A stretch of 64,000 bases of DNA from Squalus acanthias (taxonomy: Eukaryota): positions 16,246,001 through 16,310,000 of the forward strand of contig CM059433.1 in the NCBI GenBank assembly GCA_030390025.1. The letters are read 5' to 3'. The translations under genes and the position numbers were made by a program. Within the stretch, counting starts at the first letter, position 1. Every line of letters begins with the position of its first letter. Shown piece by piece: positions 63,649 to 64,000 of this stretch. The notes beneath the pieces are model-generated. The model did not search any database. It had not been told where the DNA came from and was given only the letters and a program-made list of their open reading frames with translations.

Positions 63649-64000
63649 CAGGAAACTCTTTATTAACCGGCACTCAAATATCCGGAAATCTCTCTTAACC
63701 GGCAAAATTCTTGAGTAGGTAACCGGGGTTTTCCTTCATCTCTCGTTTAAAATTAACTTTAAAAAAAACCCCGAGGCGTTTGCCTTGTATCGGAGCGTGT
63801 AGATTGGGAGGGGAATGTGCAGCCCGGGTAGGCAGCGGACACGACAGATGGTCAGCTGGCGGTCCCCAGGGAGACGGAGCTCCGAATGCAGGCGCATGTC
63901 AATGTGTACGGGGCTCTCGGACGTTGGGAGATATAACTCTCCATTATCCGGACTTTTTGATTAACCGGCACCATGCCAGTCCCGTCGGTGCCGGTTAATA
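63649..64000. mobile_element. Tigger/pogo-like MITE (CAGGAAACT subfamily), cut by the window end
   Basis: TA|caggaaactctttattaaccggcac start; the window ends in the matching gtgccggttaata arm. Confidence 0.75.

Noticed and set aside
51182..64000. Downstream SH3YL1 exons (linker and SH3 domain)
   Set aside because: No SH3 motif (ALYSF, WWEG, GIFPANY) was found. A poorly conserved linker exon could have been missed.

Overview
Eukaryotic, repeat-dense vertebrate DNA. The SINE and LINE families (HE1-like V-SINE, SacSINE1-like DeuSINE, esterase-type CR1) point to a cartilaginous fish (shark). The window lies inside a + strand SH3YL1 gene: four internal coding exons (521-585, 32481-32593, 46793-46921, 51019-51181) splice in frame through GT-AG introns of about 31.9, 14.2 and 4.1 kb and encode most of the SYLF/YAB domain. 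The first exons and the SH3 exons were not found. Nearly every other ORF in the track comes from decayed transposons: CR1 (one near full length), L2, a second CR1-group LINE, RTE, Penelope-like elements (PLEs), SINEs, Tigger/pogo-like and hAT-like MITEs, many PIF/Harbinger-like MITEs and a Harbinger transposase relic. The most notable items are minimal hammerhead-ribozyme motifs in PLE termini (one inside a perfect 89-bp-arm palindrome), a C-run minisatellite with a palindromic core just upstream of an exon, a 5'-inverted and duplicated RTE insertion, and deeply nested TE stacks. I found no convincing wholly new biological system. TE family names come from motif recognition, not database searches, and TE boundaries are approximate.
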